Shown here piece after piece: positions 59,093 through 64,000 of a stretch of DNA of 64,000 bases. Position 1 is the stretch's first letter, and every line of letters begins with the position of its first letter. The DNA is from a virus (lineage: Duplodnaviria > Caudoviricetes): the IMG/VR virus record IMGVR_UViG_3300010998_000002, positions 1 through 64,000 of that record, one strand, 5' to 3'. A model generated the notes under the pieces. That model was not told the origin of the DNA. It saw only the letters and a list, made by a program, of their open reading frames with translations, and did not search any database. The position numbers were made by a program, and so were the translations under genes.

Positions 59093-59251
59093 ATGACGTG
59101 GTTAGCAATTTTAACAGCATTTTCACCAACATTAGCCTTTAAAGGTTTAACATTAACAACATTATGGAGTTGGTTCAACGTGCATCCATTTTGGGCATTT
59201 TTCACAATTGGAATGTTATGCAAATCAACACATATCAATATAAATAAATAA
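59093..59251 (+). CDS. small hydrophobic membrane protein (52 aa, not in ORF track)
   Basis: MTWLAILTAFSP...WAFFTIGMLC; AGGAG SD at end of thyX. Confidence 0.6.
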   Translation: MTWLAILTAFSPTLAFKGLTLTTLWSWFNVHPFWAFFTIGMLCKSTHININK

Positions 59252-59264
59252 GAAAGGATTAATA

Positions 59265-60221
59265 ATGTATTTTTTAAATCGTGGTGATACAGATACATAT
59301 ATTACAATTCATAAAGAAGATGAGCAAAATTTTTATGATATTATCAATTCTGGAATTTTTACAAAAGAAAATAAATTTCGTCTTATTAAAGATAAAGCCG
59401 AAATTAAAAAAATTCTTGAAGAAAGATATGCAAGCCGAAACAGAGGAGAAGATTATACTGCCGGTTTACCTTCTGCAACATTAATTTCTTCTTCATTATT
59501 TCCGTATAATTTAGATTCGCATGCACCACATAATCATGTTGCTTTATTAAGATGGAATAATGATATTGATGTTGCAGAAATGCAGGGGCAAAAAGTAACA
59601 AATAAACTTTCAACCGATAGTGGTACTTTTATTCATGAAGTTTTAGAACTTGCATTAAAAGATAGGCAAACAAGAGTTTTTGACAAGTCTAAAGGTTTGC
59701 AGAAATATATTGATATGGTTTGCCAGGATAAAAATATTATTAATCTTATAGAAAATTTTGAAGAAAGAAAACCATATTTTGTAGAAGTTGCAACTAATGT
59801 TTTATCAAAATTTTTTAAAGAAGAAGTGCCTTTAATAGACCCAATTTTTGATGAATTATTTTTAGTAAATAAAGGCATACAGGGTGCAATTGATTTAGTT
59901 AATTACAAAAATGGACATTTGTATATTTCGGATTTTAAAACATCTAAAAAACCTATGTCTTATAATCAAGTTGCCGGTAAAGGCTATTTGCGACAATTAT
60001 ATATATATAGTAGAATGCTTTTAAATGCTAAAATTATTTCAAAAAAAGAATATGATAATTTGCATTTTCAAATTTATTTCTTTAATTGGAATAGTGGTAA
60101 TTCTGCAATATACGAATTTCCAAAATCGGAAGTTGATAAATCAAAAGGCTACTGCGAATTTATATTAAAATGGTATTATAAAATGCGAGATATGGATATT
60201 GATATTCATGAAGTAATATAG
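59265..60221 (+). CDS. PD-(D/E)XK exonuclease (Cas4/RecB-like)
   Basis: PSAT, GTFIH, E, GAIDL, DFKTS, QL..Y. Confidence 0.8.
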   Translation: MYFLNRGDTDTYITIHKEDEQNFYDIINSGIFTKENKFRLIKDKAEIKKILEERYASRNRGEDYTAGLPSATLISSSLFPYNLDSHAPHNHVALLRWNNDIDVAEMQGQKVTNKLSTDSGTFIHEVLELALKDRQTRVFDKSKGLQKYIDMVCQDKNIINLIENFEERKPYFVEVATNVLSKFFKEEVPLIDPIFDELFLVNKGIQGAIDLVNYKNGHLYISDFKTSKKPMSYNQVAGKGYLRQLYIYSRMLLNAKIISKKEYDNLHFQIYFFNWNSGNSAIYEFPKSEVDKSKGYCEFILKWYYKMRDMDIDIHEVI

Positions 60222-60234
60222 GAGAAAATTCAAA

Positions 60235-60700
60235 ATGAATGGAATTTTAGACAAAATTTTCGGAAGTAAAGAAGAAGCGCCAAGTATATCTGATGTTACA
60301 AAAAGAAATACAATCGGATATTGAAAATCAAGTTTCAAATTTGGAAGTTGCAACAGTAGAAGGTTCAATTGTAACAGATGATATACCACCTTCAATAGTT
60401 CATACACCTGTCGTAGAAGGTGAAAATAATATTTCTGTTGAAACAACACCTGTTGTAATTCCAGAAGGTGTAATTCCACATATAATTGGTGTAGCACCTA
60501 TTCATCATGATATATGTGATGGAGCAATAGATTATGGCGAAGTAGTAAAGTTAGAGCAACCATTATCTGATTCTGATATTAAATTTGATAATTTTAAATA
60601 TGAAATTAAAACGGCTATTAATAATTTTCAAACATTAGATTTAGAATCTGTTAATTTTAAAAATACATTATTGGAGATTATTGATAAATATAATGGGTAA
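60235..60700 (+). CDS. hypothetical acidic protein with apparent +1 frameshift near 60300
   Basis: GGAG SD and ATG at 60235 read MNGILDKIFGS...DVT; main body continues in the +1 frame after an A5 run. Confidence 0.55.
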
Positions 60701-61295
60701 TATGAGTTGGGGTTTACCTTCCAATTTAACTAATTATAAAATAGAAAAAAATAGCGACTACTTAAAATTAATAGTCGCTAGTTATTTTCGTTTTAAACGT
60801 GGTTGTGATGTAGTATGTTCAGAATTTGAAATGTCGCCAAAAAATAGAGCAGATATTATTGCTACTAATAAAGGTATGCTAATAGAGGTTGAATGTAAAA
60901 CGTCTAAATCAGATTTAAAAAATGAATTTACCGCATCCACAAAGCAGTTAAAACATTTTTCTTTTTATAATTTTAAGAAAAAGTCTAAATATTATCCTGT
61001 GCCTAATTATTATTATATAATGATAACTAAAGAAATGGCGCAAGATAATGAAGTTATTGGATTAATTCATCAACTTAATCCTAATTATGGAATTTTGGTT
61101 GAAGATGGTTGGAGATTTCCGCCAATTTCAAAATATCCTGCTAAAAAACTTCATGATAAAAATATATTGACCGGAAGTTTTATGAATAAAATTTATCAAA
61201 GATTATGTGCCGATAATATTTCTTTAAGAAGAAAAAAATATTTTTCTGATTTAGAACAAAAAAATGATGTAGCATTATTAAAAACTACATCATAA
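60681..61295 (+). CDS. PD-(D/E)XK nuclease-fold protein (MmcB-like)
   Basis: EF, RADII, EVECKTSKSDL..EF, NYYY, YGIL. Confidence 0.7.
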   Translation: MINIMGNMSWGLPSNLTNYKIEKNSDYLKLIVASYFRFKRGCDVVCSEFEMSPKNRADIIATNKGMLIEVECKTSKSDLKNEFTASTKQLKHFSFYNFKKKSKYYPVPNYYYIMITKEMAQDNEVIGLIHQLNPNYGILVEDGWRFPPISKYPAKKLHDKNILTGSFMNKIYQRLCADNISLRRKKYFSDLEQKNDVALLKTTS

Positions 61296-61328
61296 AAATA
61301 TTAGACTTAAAAATTTTAGTTTTGAAAA

Positions 61329-61376
61329 GCCGTACTACGAGAGGGTTCGTAGTCGGTATTTTTATATCAATGCTCA
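61329..61376 (+). terminator. terminator of the plus-strand block
   Basis: CCG.ACTACGA-gagggt-TCGTAGT.CGG stem with T-tract. Confidence 0.7.
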
Positions 61377-61423
61377 TTTTTGAAAGTTTAAGTATAAGGA
61401 TATAACTTTATACCTAAATAAAA

Positions 61424-61451
61424 TAAAAACGCCAAATTTTTGTTTGGCGTT
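61424..61451 (-). terminator. terminator of the lysis module
   Basis: AACGCCAAA...TTTGGCGTT hairpin with T-tract on minus strand. Confidence 0.7.
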
Positions 61452-61478
61452 AATAATATTATTATAGAATTATGAAAA

Positions 61479-61847
61479 CTATTGATTTTTTTCTTTAACT
61501 TCTCTTATCATATCATATATAATATCAATCTTTTCCATTCTAGGTAAAATTTGCGCTACAGTTTCTTCAACTTTAGCAATACGAAAATCATGCTTATCAG
61601 CCATTTCTTTTGTAAAAAATTTATCATCTACATCATGCATAATTTCGTTTTGCACCTTTCTAACTTTTTCACCCATATCACCAAATGATTTTGTAAAAGA
61701 AAGTTCTATATTATGTATGCTTTCGGTAAATTGTTTTTCTAATTGAGTGCCGGCATCTTTTGAAGTAAAAAGATATTTACCGACAAAGCCAATGATTATA
61801 CAGACGAGTATTACTATTAGTGGATGTGCGAGCATTATTGATTCCAT
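61479..61847 (-). CDS. membrane-anchored coiled-coil protein, possible holin/lysis accessory
   Basis: single N-terminal TM helix; directly downstream of the endolysin. Confidence 0.55.
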   Translation of the reverse strand: MESIMLAHPLIVILVCIIIGFVGKYLFTSKDAGTQLEKQFTESIHNIELSFTKSFGDMGEKVRKVQNEIMHDVDDKFFTKEMADKHDFRIAKVEETVAQILPRMEKIDIIYDMIREVKEKNQ

Positions 61848-61900
61848 TTATTTTTCTCCATTTTCATATTCTACATAATACTATCTTATAATCATCAAAA

Positions 61901-62425
61901 TTAAATATATTTTAAATTATTTTTATTTTTAACTTTATTAACTATATACCATTTAACTTTATTTCTTATAAAGTTTCCGACATTTTCTTTGTTTGCTGTT
62001 TCTTTAGGATATGATGGTATAAAGATTATATCCACTTTTCCGCTAGGTTTTTTTAACTTTCTATCTCTTTCGTAATGTGTTTGAACTTCATTTACGTTTA
62101 TATTATATTTAACACATAATTCAGCCAATACATAAAATGCTAATTCAATTTGTTGTGCCGTAATTGGATATGTAGGTGAAGTATTTGTTTTAAAATCATA
62201 ATTTAGATTTGCACAAATAGCAACTCCGATATTTCCTGTATTTGCTAAAGCACAATGCGGTGCATATTTTCCATCACCTGTATTATCATTATCTTCTGGT
62301 TTGTATATACCTTTTTTAACATACGCTTGTTTTGTTTTAGGATTATAAGCAATCATGTAATGATAATCATTAAAAAATTGTTCATATCTGCCTACCGTAT
62401 GATGTAATGTTATTCTATAGGGCAT
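61901..62425 (-). CDS. N-acetylmuramoyl-L-alanine amidase (endolysin)
   Basis: ITLHHT, YHY, APH...NTGNIGV, THYE, K.D zinc amidase motifs. Confidence 0.8.
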   Translation of the reverse strand: MPYRITLHHTVGRYEQFFNDYHYMIAYNPKTKQAYVKKGIYKPEDNDNTGDGKYAPHCALANTGNIGVAICANLNYDFKTNTSPTYPITAQQIELAFYVLAELCVKYNINVNEVQTHYERDRKLKKPSGKVDIIFIPSYPKETANKENVGNFIRNKVKWYIVNKVKNKNNLKYI

Positions 62426-62435
62426 TATGTTCTCC

Positions 62436-63314
62436 TTATTTAATACGAACTACATAATATCCACTACCGTTAATCGGTCTGCATTCTGTAACTCCATTTT
62501 GATAAACACTAGATGAACGAGAAGCATCAAATGCCAATGTTTCAAACCAACCTCTCGTACCATCACAACCATTACCGGCTTGTGCTTGACGATAAAAACA
62601 GCCTGTTGGATTTTTAGGTAATCCGGTTTCATTTTCTTGCGAATCAAAGAATGTGCCTGTGATATTTGGTGATGCACTACCTTGTATAGTACCAAATACA
62701 CGACCCCTATCTCTATTCGTGCCACCATCCCAACCACGAATAAACATACCACGATAATCTGGTACGTTAAATGTAGTAGAGCCATTTCCAGCACCAAAGG
62801 CAGTTCCAACCATTGCAAAATATCCTGCATAAGTAGTACGAGAAATAGCACGCCCATCACATGGTACTACGACAACATCTGCCGGAAGTGAAGGTATAGT
62901 TGGATAAGACAAACATTTAACTTCTCCTAGCCACATACTACCATTAATTGCCTTATCAACATATTCTTTATTAACAGCATCCGTATTATTAGACGGTGTA
63001 TAAGTTAATGTAATTTTATTATTGCCCATATTAAGCAATCCTGTCATTACACCGCCTGCTTTAGATAATTTATCATTATATAATTCTTCAATATAATCAA
63101 CTATCCATTTAACAGTAGAATGAACTTGATACCAAAACATATTAAATTTATTTGCATCTGGTCTTGATGTTAAATCTGTTTCAGTTTCACCGTCATTATT
63201 ATAACCATCAAGAATTTCACCGGTAGTCATAGCCGATTTTGAACTATTATTACTTGCAAATAATGTATCAAATGGTAATATATTATCGCCTGTCGGTTTT
63301 ATAGGGTATGACAT
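62436..63314 (-). CDS. tail fibre protein with tail-collar domain
   Basis: DAVNKEYVD repeat; CDGRAISRTTY..F...GT.FG.G.GSTTFNVPDYRG.FIRG. Confidence 0.88.
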   Translation of the reverse strand: MSYPIKPTGDNILPFDTLFASNNSSKSAMTTGEILDGYNNDGETETDLTSRPDANKFNMFWYQVHSTVKWIVDYIEELYNDKLSKAGGVMTGLLNMGNNKITLTYTPSNNTDAVNKEYVDKAINGSMWLGEVKCLSYPTIPSLPADVVVVPCDGRAISRTTYAGYFAMVGTAFGAGNGSTTFNVPDYRGMFIRGWDGGTNRDRGRVFGTIQGSASPNITGTFFDSQENETGLPKNPTGCFYRQAQAGNGCDGTRGWFETLAFDASRSSSVYQNGVTECRPINGSGYYVVRIK

Positions 63315-63790
63315 TATTTTCCTTCCTGTTGTTTCTTCTCTTTATCCCATCCACAAAATTTTTGAAAATTATCAACTGCTAAAAACATAACTCTGCGTTT
63401 AATTTTATTAACGCCTGCTACTCTTAATAACCTTTCAAAAATAATAGAACTTAAATATCTATCATATCCAATAAAATCATGATTTTCACATAATTTATCA
63501 TGAATCATAGACGGTATTCTAAATCTATTATCTGATGGACTTCCTATTAAATTCCATAAGCCAAAAGGAATATTAGCGCCATTCCAACGATAATGTTTCT
63601 CTACAGGAAATATATAAGTTTTATCACCATATTTAACAGTAACTTCAATTTCGTGTAAAAGTAAATAAGGTTTTTTATTAATGTCTTTTATTTCTTCTGG
63701 CGTAGAATTTGGAGTTGCATTTAATGTTTCTGTTCTAGGCATACGACTAAATTGTATAGTAACTATTTCATCTGCATACCAAGTAATCAT
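63314..63790 (-). CDS. DUF1353-like protein
   Basis: WNGANIP...W...G.P...SMIHD.LC motif. Confidence 0.7.
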   Translation of the reverse strand: MITWYADEIVTIQFSRMPRTETLNATPNSTPEEIKDINKKPYLLLHEIEVTVKYGDKTYIFPVEKHYRWNGANIPFGLWNLIGSPSDNRFRIPSMIHDKLCENHDFIGYDRYLSSIIFERLLRVAGVNKIKRRVMFLAVDNFQKFCGWDKEKKQQEGK

Positions 63791-63826
63791 AACATTATCT
63801 CCTATTTATTATTATAGTAATTATTA

Positions 63827-64000
63827 TTACTTATCTTCTTTTTTAAATATATCGTTTATAATATCAGTTGCTTTTTCTTTTATGATAGCAAAGATTTCTT
63901 CTTTCTTTTCTTCAAGAAATGAAACAACTGCTTCTTTAACTTTTTCTAAAATTTCATCTTTGTTTTCAAGTAATTTTGCTTTATAGTTTTCAATCTGTTT
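63827..64000 (-). CDS. 3' end of a helical Lys/Glu-rich protein (partial)
   Basis: open frame KQIENYK...KKEDK* from the window edge. Confidence 0.6.
   Translation of the reverse strand, partial: KQIENYKAKLLENKDEILEKVKEAVVSFLEEKKEEIFAIIKEKATDIINDIFKKEDK

Noticed and set aside
1-64000. Stop-codon reassignment
   Set aside because: Conserved genes are full length and densely packed in the standard code; TAA, TAG and TGA all end genes.

Overview
AT-rich segment of a large, apparently lytic dsDNA bacteriophage read in the standard code, with no integrase or CRISPR array seen. 1-8.2 kb holds short early-type transcription units on the minus strand, each with a sigma70-like promoter and a conserved upstream direct-repeat box resembling the cyanobacterial RpaB HLR1 element. 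8.5-55 kb is mostly minus-strand accessory, nucleotide-metabolism and replication genes: AAA+/vWA pair, ATP-dependent DNA ligase, three DNA methyltransferases, dUTPase, a PNK/phosphoesterase/RNA ligase split by a LAGLIDADG gene, NrdD/NrdG, sigma factor, DnaE, UvrD-like helicase, RuvC-like resolvase, DnaB and SSB. A repeat-rich candidate origin lies at the strand switch (~55 kb). It is followed by plus-strand tdk, dnaG, thyX and nucleases, then the end of a minus-strand lysis/tail module. The most notable items are: (i) a self-contained operon of one radical SAM enzyme plus six otherwise unrelated proteins all starting MK[IVL]R[NS]GF[VI]SNSSSSSF; (ii) two non-coding RNA loci with near-identical promoters and boxA-like motifs, one enclosed by a perfect 25-bp stem and one ending in tRNA-Met; (iii) eight HLR1-like boxes at fixed spacing; (iv) the split RNA ligase; (v) a G7-frameshifted methyltransferase; (vi) strong CCGG enrichment with apparent GATC/AGCT avoidance. 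The host is inferred, not shown, to be an anaerobe, possibly a non-photosynthetic cyanobacterial relative (Vampirovibrionia/Melainabacteria). All product calls come from motif recognition by eye, not database searches.
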